Source: Cystobasidiomycetes sp. EMM_F5 (taxonomy: Eukaryota). From it: DNA of 64,000 bases. Below are positions 24,805 through 36,874 of this stretch, one piece after another; position 1 is the first letter of the stretch; the number at the start of each line of letters is the position of its first letter. Under the pieces are notes generated by a model. It was not told the origin of the DNA, made no database searches, and saw only the letters and a program-made list of their open reading frames with translations. A program made the translations under genes and the position numbers. The stretch lies in the NCBI GenBank assembly GCA_051047955.1, contig JBPGPT010000002.1:124001-188000 (forward strand), read 5' to 3'.

Positions 24805-26383
24805 ATGCGCTCCATGCTATCGGCGTCTTCTCTAACCTGTTACTGGGCCATCGTCCTTCTTGGCGCGCAGTCAACATTCGCGGCCTACACGCTGCAGACC
24901 AATTATGCTGGGTCCAGCTTCTTTAGCAATTTCGTCTACAACGTGTCGGTCATCGACAACTCGACAGGCGGAAACATCCAGCAAGTCGCTGTCCTCCCGA
25001 CAACTCGCGACCTACCTGTCAGGCTAATTTAGCGCCACCCGTTGGATTTCTATTTACTTTCTTGCAACAGCTACGTTGGACCATCTGCCAACCTGACCTT
25101 TATCAATGCGGCTGGTAATGCGATCATCAAAGTAAGCTCATTGTGATGCTACAATGTCAGAAGGCTTAGACCCTTCTTGTGGCTGAAAATCAGGTCGATA
25201 ACTCGACTTCTGGTGCTGGCGATCCAATTTTTGGAAGGAACAGTATAAAGTTAGTCAGCAATGCTAGCTACGGTATCGGATCGTTGGTCGTTGCGGATGC
25301 TGTGCATCTGCCATACGGGTGCAGCGTTTGGCCAGCGATTTGGCTATTGTCAGAACAATACAAGACAGACGTAGGCGGAGAGATCGACATCTGGGAGTCC
25401 AGTGCGTGCTTGAACATAACGATTCTATGAGCGTTCTGCGTACTGACACCTTTTCGACACAGTCAACCTCGCTCAAAATGCACAGTACACATTACATACA
25501 AGAACTGGATGCACACAATCCAATAACACAGCGCTGCCTTACTCTGGTCAGGTCATTTCCACCAACTGTGACTACGCGGTGAACGGTAATCAAGGGTGTG
25601 CCTTCCGAGAAACGCGCAACGGAACGTAAGTCTCCGCTTTTCGCGCATACATTCGTTTCCACGGAATTTGATCGGAGGTGGGCATACTAATCATGCTTCG
25701 ATGATAGCACTGGCGCTGCATTTGCGCAGGGCGGCGGCGGCGTATTTGCTACCCTCTACGATGCGAACGGTGTACAGACCTGGTTCTTTCCGGTGAGCGG
25801 TACGATCAGAGCCTCGTGAAGAGGCTGCTGATACATGCTTGTGTCATCTAGCGATCTTCTATACCAAGCGATATCACGCTTGGTAATCCAACTCCCTTTA
25901 CTTGGGGCAGGCCTTCTGCATCGTGGCCGGCGCCTACTTGTAATATGGCAACGTACTTCACTCCGCAAAACATTGTGATCTCAACTACGTTATGCGGACT
26001 TTGGTATGTCAGTCATTCGCATCAATGTATCACTTTCTCAAACGTTTGTTTGCAGGGCTGGTGCCCCCGACGTCTTTGCACAAACGTGCCCCGGCTTGTG
26101 CACGGATTACATTGCAGATCCAAAGAACTTTGATCAAGCATACTTTGAGCTAAAGAGCATCCGTGTCTATTCTGGCGGGAGGTATGGTTATCCTCAAATG
26201 TTGCATCATCGATAGCTTACCGCGTCACTTCGCAGGACTACGCCGAATATCACTGTTGCAACGCAAATTAACGCTACCATTAACAATAATGCAAATATAC
26301 CACGCAATTTTGGACAGAAACTGACTTGGCCAGGTAGCTTCAGCTTAGCTGCTGCTGCGCTGGCGGCAGTCGTCGCCCTCTAG
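24805..26383 (+). CDS. GH16 endo-1,3(4)-beta-glucanase-like protein, copy 1, GPI-anchored
   Basis: Signal peptide, HLPYGCSVWPAIW, catalytic GGEIDIWE, GGGGVFATL, AYFELKSIRVY, and a hydrophobic C-terminus. Confidence 0.88.
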
Positions 26384-26751
26384 ATGCAGCCGCGACACCT
26401 CGCAAGCAGTACCTTATCTCAGCATCATTGCACTGTATAATACCAGCATACTAATCATGGACTCTATCGCCATTATAGCATTTCCCGCAATTGTCGGACC
26501 ATGGATGTCTATGGGCTCTGCTTTTCAGGGATTGCGGTCGCTGATTACATTTTGTAACACGACTGACGTCGACGAAGGGTTGCTGCAGCCAAGTGATCAC
26601 TTACTGACGGCAAGGCACGGCTACAAGGCATGCCGCCACATTGTTGACATGTCAGGTACGACACTGAACGAGAAATGCGTGTTCGTCGCGAGACGCTCAA
26701 GCAGCCTGCGTTCCCTTCTCTTAGACACCACACTGTACACACGATGAGAAT

Positions 26752-28299
26752 ATGGCCCTGCCGATCTTGCTGATCACCACTCTTGTTGGGCTTCTGTTCC
26801 TGACCACAGAAACCCGTGCCCAAAACTTTTCTTTAATCACAGAATATAAGGGCGCATCGTTCTTCCCAAACTTCCGGTATAATATTTCAATCGATAACAC
26901 GACCTGGGGTAACGTCAAGTAGGTAGAGTATATGCCGAATTTTGTCGAAAAGTTAAGGAGTCTGATTGTGTATGACGATCTGAAAGTTATGTGGGACCTT
27001 CCGCTAACTTAACTTACATTAATACTGCGGGAAATGCTATCATCAAGGTGGTCGCCGTGATTTCGGCACAATTGTTCGCATTTTGATGTGAATTCCTCGT
27101 TCGCACCGTGCTCAGGTAGACAATACCACCACCGCGGCCAAAGGCAATACGAGCTTCTTCCGCGACTCGTTTAAGCTCGTCAGCAAGGCGTCATATGATG
27201 TTGGATCATTGATAATCGTGGACGCTCTGCATGTTCCGTACGGCTGTTCCCTCTGGCCGGCGATCTGGCTGTTATCGACCATAACGACGGATGATGGAGG
27301 AGAGATAGACATCTTCGAGAGCGGTAAAGCTTGCAGATATGCTATTTGGTGAAAGGAGAAGGTGCTGAGCTTGGGTAACGCCCATAGTGAATATGGACCG
27401 CGCGGCACAATATACTTTGCACACCAGGAACGGCTGTACCCAATCCAACAGCTCAGCCATGCCATATACTGGCCAGATTATCTCCACGAACTGCGATTAT
27501 AACAACATGGGCAACCAAGGCTGTCAATTCCGCGAGAAACGGGCTTCATCGTGAGGTTGATAGTGGTAGAGGGCTGCGTCAACACAGCTGACAAACGAAA
27601 CTACGGCAGAGCCGGTGCTGACTTTGCGAGGGCCGGCGGGGGTGTCTTCGCAACACTGTTTGACGCCGATGGGGTGAAGACCTGGTTCTTTCCCGTTCGT
27701 TGAAATCCGAAAGATATTAGCACTGCCGTTATCTGACGCCGAGATGTTATTTCTGGTCTATAGCGGTCATCGCTGCCAGCAGATATCGGTTCCGCCAATC
27801 TCGATCCTTCGAAGTGGCCAACGCCTTCAGCCACATGGCCCGCACGATCTTGTGACATGGCGAAGTACTTCACTCCTCAAAACATCGTTATCAATATCAG
27901 CATCTGCGGTGACTGGTGAGTTGCTAATTTTGTGTGCTTTACCAGTTGATCACACACCTGAGCAAATTGGCAGGGCCGGGCAGGATAGTGTTTTCGCCCA
28001 AACTTGTTCTGGCAAATGTACGGACTACCTTGCTGACCCAAAGAATTACGATACCGCCTACTTTGAGCTAGCATCCATTCGCGCTTACTCTGGCGGTCTG
28101 TAAGTCTGAAAACCTTGCTTGCCAGGTCAGGAAAGTAAACCATTTGTACAGGAGGCTTCCGAACGGGACCAGCTCTGGAAACAGCAATGGGACTGCCATC
28201 GACCCAAGTATCCCCAAGAATACTGCGATGGCGTCAGTCCTGCCCTTCAATTATGCCAGCATGATGATAGTCTTGGCAGCTTTAGTTATGTCGACTTGA
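26752..28299 (+). CDS. GH16 endo-1,3(4)-beta-glucanase-like protein, copy 2, GPI-anchored
   Basis: MALPILLITTLVGLLFL signal, HVPYGCSLWPAIW, GGEIDIFE and AYFELASIRAY; same intron layout as copy 1. Confidence 0.88.
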
Positions 28300-28351
28300 C
28301 TATGCGAACAGGCTACGTTACTTGGCGACATGCGTCCGCCGTGCTTCATTG

Positions 28352-29760
28352 CTAGGCAGGCGCGTAGTACGCGGTCCACAAGGCTATTGAAACAGCGCCC
28401 CAAATGATACAATACGACAACCATAGTCTGGCCGTCTTGGCGTGAGTGTCGGCAAGGTACGCCAAGTACCACCATAGGACTGGATTTGTGCAAGCTTGAC
28501 GCAAAGCAATCTGTACGTGGCTGGCAGTGAGGAGAAGCAATGACAGGATAGTGTGGAGATAGATGTAAGGGAGCAACCTGGCCGACAGGAAGGGATGCGG
28601 AGCAGCAGCACGAAGCGCGACAGCGGGCTTGAGGCAGCGAGGTAGGCTCATCCTTACTAGATGTTTAGAATGATGAGAATAATATCTGATGCTGGCGGAA
28701 GCGGCGACAGTCAGCACAGGTGCCGCAAGGGCAAAATTGGGAATCTGCTGAGGACTGAAATATCGCAAGAATCCGACATTCCTGCAACAATGCATGAGCC
28801 AGCGTAAGACTGCACGGACAAGGCTACCGACCAGTATTCCCGCTGCGCGAATTGATAGACAAGGGGCAGTGTGTTATTGCACCAGGCTCGCGAAGCATTC
28901 GGGCCACAGAAGCGCACGAAAGCTTGTGACTGATGCAGAATGAAGGGAGCGGCAATGAACAATGCTTGCATCGCAACTATGGGCAGCTTTGCAGCAGCCT
29001 GGCATATCTTATAAGCGGGGAGTACAACCCGGCTTTACAAAATCGCTCACTGATAGTATAGAAGGTTGCGAGAATAGGCCATACCAGACAATGAAGCCTG
29101 CATTGAGAATGCCGTTTGCCCTGAATGCTGTAGCTAGCGCAAATGCGCAGGAAGCACTCCAAATCCAGTCATAGCATGTCCAGAGCATTGCAAGGAATGT
29201 GAGAAATGCGTAGAAAGGCTCCGTGTATGGAACAGATAAGACTGCAGGGCTTGGAGTGAGACAATATAGTCGTGCTACTCGCTTCGCATAGATCGGAGCG
29301 CCGGTCATTTGATGGGTGAGTCTGTTTGCAGCTGTGCGTTAGCGAATAACAAACACGGTTCGAAACGAGAATACCTGTGCAACAGAACAGGTGTCATGAG
29401 ACTCAGCAGACCAGCTAGCAGAGCGGTTCCGACCACTGCCCGGTCTGCAGACAGACTTCCGTCAGATGACCATCCGAAGAGCCTGAGTAAAATCGGAGAT
29501 CCTGGTAGAAATGCATTGTGCTGTTCAAGGCGGTAGCCATGTCTGGCTACATCGATGAAATGCACGGTGTCCCATTGTACGGAAGGCTTCGCGGCTTTCG
29601 CGAGCCAGAAAGAGCCTTCACGTTTTATTGCAGCATGACCAGAATCGTCGAATACTCCAACGCATAAGTGACTACCGAGTGCAAGTGCCCATATTGCGCA
29701 TCGTGTAGCGATGGAGAAATTCAGGATGGATGCCTCATCTGCAGTCAGGTATGGGCGCAT
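28352..29760 (-). CDS. GPI18: GPI mannosyltransferase II (PIG-V)
   Basis: QWDTVHFIDVARHGYRLEQHNAFLPG, SVPYTEPFYAFLT, FRANGILNAGF, NVGFLRYFSPQQIPNFALAAP, HVQIALR and C-terminal YYAPA. Confidence 0.92.
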
Positions 29761-29920
29761 TACGCGCGTTCGCGCCCAGGCAAACGCGTCACGATAAATC
29801 CCAAACACAAACACAAAAAATGCAGGATGATGGTGGGCATTGGTGGCTAAAACGTATGCGATGTGCTGGGAACTAAAGTACAGATGAAAGGTGAAGCTAC
29901 GTGACTGCAAAGGCGCACAT

Positions 29921-31091
29921 TCATACTGAATTGCGCTCTGGTTTCTTTTCGCTTTTATGCAACATTCCCTCGGGACTATTTGAAGACGGTTGTTCGCCTG
30001 GCACGCGGGTCACTCCGGAGTATCTCGGAGCCATATTGACCAGTAAGAGGATGGTGACGACGATGATTTCCGGAAGGAAGACCGTACAGTAGAATGCCCC
30101 TTTATTATAGTACCAATGGTCGATCATCGGGTTGGCGAAAGACTGAGTCACTTTTACAGCCTGGTAGTAAGTAAGAGCCTTATCAGTCTTCTGACGTGGT
30201 ATGACAGTGACCTGACTCATACATATTCGAAGATTAGGCACGCCGCGGCCAAGAAAAGATAGGACAGGTTCTTCCAAACCCGGGAATCTGAATCCCAGGA
30301 CTTCAGACCATACTGTCCTACTTCGTGCTGTCTTTGGCGATCTCCGCTTCTCATTCGCCAAATCGCAATGAAGGCCAGAAGCGGGATTGGCATCAGGCTA
30401 TAAACTAGGAAGGCTACAGAACCTATCCTCTTCAGAGTAGTATCGGTGCTTTGTATGCTGGGGTCCGTCGTCAAAAACCCTTGAATTGCTCCCGTAATAA
30501 GAATAGCCAAGAAGGCTAGTATACCAAATGACAAGGCGGCAAATATTTTGTGCACTATCGCTTTGCGCGCGAGGTGCTGCTGCCAGTAGTGATACTGCGA
30601 TCTATAGATTGATTTCTTGCAGCATTGTATTACGACCTGTCGGAGTCATTCGGTGAGACTTGCAGTCAATCTCAGGCTACGAAACGGACGCACCAGCACC
30701 AGGATTACGGTACCAGCATTGGTGAAGACTTGCGAAGCGATTGCAATGCCTGAATCCGCAGGGTGAACAGCCCAAGCGATTCGAGTGCACATGGTGACGA
30801 TGCGAGACTTTACGGCAGAAAATTAGAAAGAAAATGCCACGAGCGGGAGACAAGCGAGCCGCATTACCGCGCAAAATCCAAAGGTAGCCATTTGCCAGCT
30901 GTTTCAACAAGTTTTGAGTTACGGTGAGCTCCCAGCTTACAGCGGCACTCACCGCAATTGTTTACTATATCGCAGGAAGAAGAAAACGTTGAGGACCGCG
31001 CCAACGATGTATATGGGAAGGAGGATGGAGCAGATGATTACATCGGGATGAACCGAGGCTATTCCTCCAGCAATATGGACCCTATTGACAT
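29921..31091 (-). CDS. Multi-pass membrane protein, DUF3112/RTA1-like
   Basis: GGIASVHPDVIICSILL, RIVTMCTRIAWAVHP...IAIASQVFTNAG and WYYNKGAFYCTVFLPEIIVV; about 7 hydrophobic segments. Confidence 0.65.
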
Positions 31092-31481
31092 CGCATCGTT
31101 AGATTAGGCCCACAGTGTCCGATGACTTGCCGACTGGCCTGCCAGATAGCACGGCGCCGAAGGGGTCCACGCTCTGCATGCTAGCCATTGTGTGCAGTGT
31201 CAGATATTACAGGTGTTGCATCAGAACAGAGCTGTGCGAAGGCCCAAGATGGTTTTTTATCGGAACAGGGCTGACATCAGGCGCGGAATTAGGCGGCCTA
31301 ACGGCGGTGATACTGTACTTGACAACTGCACGTGCTCTGCGGACTTATCGCAAACAAGGTGCGGTAGGAGCGTTCATTATGCAGCATTTGCAATGTTCTC
31401 CGAAGAGTACTAGTGCCCTGACAAACGCCAGCCGAAGTCTACTAGAGCTTACAAAGGAGACGACACCAATTCTACAAGCAG

Positions 31482-32983
31482 TCACATCCACGTACCGGCT
31501 GACTTTTGGAATACATAGAGCGGTCTCTTGAAACCTGAGAGATGCAGATCAGCTATGGTCGACAAGGCTTGATTTCGTCGGTCACCTTTCCCCGTATCCG
31601 TTAACAGCTTCTCGACGGATTTAAATCCAATATCCTCCAGCAAGATCCGCTCGAAATCATCCGGGCGTAGTTGCAAATTGCCGTAAGACTCTCTGAGTTC
31701 GTCTGACAGCCGCGTCGCTTTGTGGTAGGACTGCCAAGGCTGCGGCTCAAGAATAAAGCGACCTGATGGTAGTAAAGCGATAAAGACGCGCGCAAAAAAG
31801 TCTCGCAAACCTTGGTCTCCACCATTCAGATGTATCCATTTCGAGACAGAAAAGCTGTAATTATCCAAGGTCAGACATTGGTGTAGATATGCATCGCAGA
31901 ATCTTACGCCAGTATGCAATGATAACCACGCCTGTCAGACTCAATCTCGTCGTTCACCCAATCGGCCTTTTTGAAAGCAATGTTTGATGCAAACAGTCTG
32001 ACTGCTACTGGCATCACGGCTCCTCTCGAGACTTTTCCATTACGTCTCTGAGCGCGAGAACGGCTTTCCTCTTCGTCCGGCTTCACATACTGATGTAAAT
32101 ACGAGCTTGAGGATAGTTGCGGTAAACAGCCAAACATGCGGGACAAGGCTATAGGAAAGTGCGAAGGCTTTGGTATGAAGAGCTTGTCGGATTCGATAGG
32201 AGATGGCGAGCGCGACGCGTCTCTGCGAACATACGTTTTGTGTCGAGCATTGTCTTTTGCAGCCTTGACGGCCGCCTTTATGGATGGCACCGGTTCCTGC
32301 CGTGACCAGGCAATGCGAACTGTAAGACCACAACGATCAGACACAATGCCGGGCATCTGAAGAGTCTTGTGACTCACCATTGCGTTGTGCTCTGCGGATG
32401 AGTTCGCCATCGATGTCGACCCCCGTCACACGCTTAGGACCGCACAACTGCGCTGAGAAAAATCATTTAGCAGCTGATTGTAGTCGACGTGAACTTGAGC
32501 GTCCGCACCAATCTCTACGGTGACCTTCCCCTCGTTACAACCGACGTCCAAGATATATTTACCGTGCAGCCACTCTTTCGGTATAAGAGCTAGCCTTGAG
32601 TCGCCAGCACTCGGGTCTTGCACGAAGCGTCGTTTCGTATAGTATCCTCTATAATTGCCTGCCCGAGAGGGTCAGACGTTGAGTAGCCGCACTCTCGCGA
32701 GCCGAGACTCACCATGTTTCGGTACGAATGCATCTTGCTTTTGCACAATTGCAACCGCATCAACCGCGTCAGCGCCGATGACAGCATGCACGTCGCTGGA
32801 CGTCTTTGCTATTGTAAGCTGATCTCCAGACGAGCCAGACGGCTCTTGTTCAACAACATCAGCCGGCTTGTCGGTCGACGACTCAAGTTCGAGGAGAGGG
32901 TTGGCCGAGCGATTGCCAGAGCCAGATGCATCAAGGCGTGCTCGCTTATTGCTTTTGGATTGCCGTGGTTCAAACGCCCGCAT
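31482..32983 (-). CDS. Bin3/MePCE-type RNA methylphosphate-capping methyltransferase (Bmc1-like)
   Basis: GNYRGYYTKR..DSRLALIPKEWLHGKYILDVGCNEGKVT, FSVSKWIHLNGGDQGL, FILEPQPWQSY and GFKRPLYVF. Confidence 0.88.
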
Positions 32984-33297
32984 GATTGGTGAAGAAGCAG
33001 GTTACAGGCCTGATGTACAAGCAGGAAAAGGTCACTAGATTGGCTACGAGCTACAGTACATGGCATTGAGAGTATACCGGAGCTCACTCAAGCGACTGCA
33101 GACAGTCAGGCTTGTAATCGAAAGAACTGATTCGGAATCACTACCACTGATCCCCCTCTCTCTTCTTAACTTGAGCTTGTACGGCTAAGTCTCTCGCCCG
33201 ACAGCGCAAGAACTGAGATACTGTACGATCTTGAATTGCGAACACTATGTAACCCTATAGCCGGAAGTGTCAATCAAGAATGCAAGCGCCCAGCCCA

Positions 33298-35604
33298 TCA
33301 TTCCGCCATAGACTCGTGGATTGCTTCCATGGGAATTGGGCTATGATCCATCGAGATGGCGCCCATGCCGAGATATTCTTCGAGACGCATGCTGTGCGGC
33401 GAATCTCTAAACATGTCATCATCGGGATGGACATGCAGTGGCGTGCTGCCCGTTGACATGGAGCTGCCGCTACCCAAATGTCCAAGACTTTGGCTGGCTG
33501 GCGCAAGATTACTTGGTCGCAAAGTAGTGCCATGGTCATTGTACGAGTGTTCGGTCAGACCTCCGCCATGTTCCATCATTTGAAGGCGCTTCTCCAATTC
33601 CCGGTTCCTGTCAGCTTGCAATTGAACTAGCTGTTGCAGATATCGAATATATTCGACGCCCTTTGTGAGAATGATGCCCTTGTTGGGCTTGTTTACGGAG
33701 TTTACTTGAGCAATTTGGGCAGGCGTCAAATGAAGCGCTTGATTTGGCATGGGCGGGGAGCCCGTGAGGCGTACTTCCTGTCCTATTGCTGAAGGCGATT
33801 CGCCGTTAGCAGACTGCTCACGGACCCCTGCACTTCCATTCGCAATCGGGTCGAGCAAAATCTCGGGAATGAGGGTAGCCAGCTCGGCGATGCGTTCGTT
33901 GATGTTATCGCGCCTTCTTCTCTCAACTGCATTATGAGATTCCCTCCGCTTTTTGCGCTTGTCTTCCGGAGGACGCTTGCCGCTGTAATTAAGATCAGCT
34001 TTGCTATTATTACGTAAATATCCTTGAACATACGTATTGTCCTCGTTGATCGTCTCCAGGTCATCGCGTAATGGTGGTGAAATGCTTGTTGAGAAGGGAT
34101 AAGTTGCTAGCTGACCACCTCTGTTACCCTCTTCCACTACCGGCAGGCCACTCATTAGCGGGGATTCGCCAAAGCTGGACGGTGCAAACGACCCGACATC
34201 CGATTGCCGACGTTGCTGGGCAGAGGGGGCGGCAAAGGGGAAATTGCCTGATGGAGGTATGACCCCAACACCATTGTTCCAGGACGCTGATGTGCCGTCG
34301 ATCATTGAGTAGCCCTGCAGGGATGTGCTATACCGAGGAATCTGACTGTTGTCGTAGCCATTACTCCCTGCATAGCCTGATATATAAGTGGCAGTACCTT
34401 GTCCATTTGAGCTCTGGAGGTGAGGATAGCCCGGCATCTGAACAGTGCTCATTGGCGGACTCTTTGCCGAGTTTGAGGTTGTGCTAGGTCGATTGTCTGC
34501 TGGAAGGCCGCGCGGAGAGATTGTACGAGAATAGCTTGGTCTCCTGGTCCGACTGCGGGAGGGCCTTGATGGGGGTGCCCTGCCTGTACTTGCGTTGCGA
34601 CCGCGCGGCTTTTCGGGATCGTTGGGCGATATGCGGCGACCTTGCCGCTCTCCGCCTTCTTCGCTGAGCGTTGTGGCTGCGGTCGATAGGCTGCCACACA
34701 CCGAAGTCGATGCTATAGTACTGATACTACTGGCGACAAGCGACGGCGTGGAGGTGTTTGATAAAGAGGTCGAAAGACCGAAAGAATTGGCAGGAAGCTG
34801 GCGAGTCCGGGAAGTAGCTCGTTGCGTACCCGTCCTTGGCAAGTCGACCGCCTCGTGCACTCCACCAGCGCTCAAGCTCAATTCTAGTCCAGATGAGGAA
34901 GGTTTCCTTTCTGTCGGCGTAGCACAGGCGGTAATGTCCTGTACACCTTTCCACGATGACGCTTCTTTTGCCGAATAAGTGGCAACAGGGCTTGACAACT
35001 CTGGCGGAAGAGGGTCAAGTCCCGATGTCGCGGCCACAGGAGACAGAGGCACAGGCGCAGAAGTTGGTGAACGAGTATAGCCGTGAAAGTTGAAGCTGAG
35101 TCCACGAGTGTCAAAAACGTTCGCGTTCGAACTGCCAAGACTGCCGCTATGTCTGCGTCGCGATGAGCGAGGAGACTCTAGATGACTCTTGCTGACCAGA
35201 GACTGCAATGCCTCTGTAAACTCATCGTGGGCTGTGCATGACCCTTGTCCAGACATGGGAGCTGATCCGGCATTGGCACCCTCGACGAGGCTGTCGGGGT
35301 TGCTCCATGGGGCTTTGAAGTAGCTGTAGCCGGTACTCGAACCGTCGTCAAGATCTGCATAGAGCGAGTCTGGCTCCGCATGCCGGTCGCGCGACTTGTT
35401 TGACAGTATGGATGGGTCTATTGTAAACGACGGAGGCGAAGGCAGTCGAAAACCTCGCTGGATCATGGGACTCTCGCACACCGGCACAGAGTCCTGCTTT
35501 GGTAGACGGAATGCAGTCATGCTCTCAGAATTGCATGCCCTGTAGAAGGACCATGGGTTGGAATGACGGGGCTCCTTGCTGCGTTCCATCTTTGGTGGAT
35601 GCAA
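33298..35604 (-). CDS. bHLH-Zip transcription factor (Rtg3/TFE/MITF-like)
   Basis: KRRESHNAVERRRRDNINERIAELATLIP...KPNKGIILTKGVEYIRYLQQLV followed by a zipper. The true start codon is uncertain. Confidence 0.85.
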   Translation of the reverse strand: MHPPKMERSKEPRHSNPWSFYRACNSESMTAFRLPKQDSVPVCESPMIQRGFRLPSPPSFTIDPSILSNKSRDRHAEPDSLYADLDDGSSTGYSYFKAPWSNPDSLVEGANAGSAPMSGQGSCTAHDEFTEALQSLVSKSHLESPRSSRRRHSGSLGSSNANVFDTRGLSFNFHGYTRSPTSAPVPLSPVAATSGLDPLPPELSSPVATYSAKEASSWKGVQDITACATPTERKPSSSGLELSLSAGGVHEAVDLPRTGTQRATSRTRQLPANSFGLSTSLSNTSTPSLVASSISTIASTSVCGSLSTAATTLSEEGGERQGRRISPNDPEKPRGRNASTGRAPPSRPSRSRTRRPSYSRTISPRGLPADNRPSTTSNSAKSPPMSTVQMPGYPHLQSSNGQGTATYISGYAGSNGYDNSQIPRYSTSLQGYSMIDGTSASWNNGVGVIPPSGNFPFAAPSAQQRRQSDVGSFAPSSFGESPLMSGLPVVEEGNRGGQLATYPFSTSISPPLRDDLETINEDNTYVQGYLRNNSKADLNYSGKRPPEDKRKKRRESHNAVERRRRDNINERIAELATLIPEILLDPIANGSAGVREQSANGESPSAIGQEVRLTGSPPMPNQALHLTPAQIAQVNSVNKPNKGIILTKGVEYIRYLQQLVQLQADRNRELEKRLQMMEHGGGLTEHSYNDHGTTLRPSNLAPASQSLGHLGSGSSMSTGSTPLHVHPDDDMFRDSPHSMRLEEYLGMGAISMDHSPIPMEAIHESMAE

Positions 35605-36874
35605 TTTGATCGAGGCAATGCTGGCTTCGGCCGCTCTTCTGGCGTTTCCTGAGTCGTCTGACGTGGTAGCAGTGTACGCTGTTTGATGGTGATGTTCTCG
35701 ACTGGCCGTTGTCCGATGCCGTCGTGACAGTCCGGCTACTTCGCGGGGCCCCTCTGGCAGCCCAGCCAGGTGTTTGTGCAGACTTCAAAAGTGACAGGAC
35801 TGATGTGTCGACAAAGCAAAGTATACACGTAGTGACAAAGTGAGAATGCACGTAGATTGGCTGGATACACTACACAGCTGCAATCGAGGGGCTAGCCTGG
35901 GCGTGCTAAAAGTGTGCTGCCGAGGCCCCTGAGGAATGACAACAGCGCAAGCATGGATGACCGATACGAAGAGCCCACTATGTAGTGCTGAGCTTTACGA
36001 GTATTGCTTATTCCCCTGTCACAGCCGGTGCATGCAGAAGTAACAATCTACAATAATTTCCGCGAGTGCTGTCCAGGTCCTGGTGTGCGGGGTTCCTATT
36101 GGCTTACACGAGCACTGTAGGACTTTGTGACTTTTTCCGCCTTTCCGTCGACATTCTCTTCTCGCAACTGAGGCGAGAGCTCCCTATTCCGCGATTTGTT
36201 GTGGCTTACCAGACTTCTTTCTTCGGGCACCTTGCCAGAACGCTGCATGTAAACGGCGCCGCGTTGTTGACGTTGGACAGAGAATTCAAAATCTCACGGA
36301 GGATGACATCTTGAATCACAGTGCGAAAGCCCAGGTGTGCAGAGGTATGTGCCCGACATCGCCTGAAGCTGGCTGGTAACACTGCTTCAGCGGGCTTGCG
36401 CGGTAAGCAATAGTCCTGATTTCACGAGGGTACTCTGTTCTTACGTATGTCAGCCATCCTTGCCCAAGTCATCAGATTGGTTTGATAGTTCATCGTCGTA
36501 CCTTTCAACCCGTCCATGGCGAGCGGCATTCTGTATTTGTGCGAGTCCATGTTCATACTTTGTCTGCGCTTTCCGAACAGCACGCTACTGCTGCAGCACT
36601 TCCGCTTACCTCTGATATCCTAAATATTGCATATCAATCGTAGAATCATGCGACGTTATCAGCGTTTGTGCGGGCTGGCATCGGTCAGATGTTAATCATG
36701 TCATGACAGAGACAATCACTGCTCGAACTCTGGGGACAGTCATTGCATGATGACGGAATTTCGACGGTTTGACATTCTGAGAACCAGTCCACGATTTACA
36801 CGTCGTTTCGCATACCTGAGCCGGACCACCGTCTCGCCCATCTGAGGTGGTGATGTACTGTCCATCGACACCAT

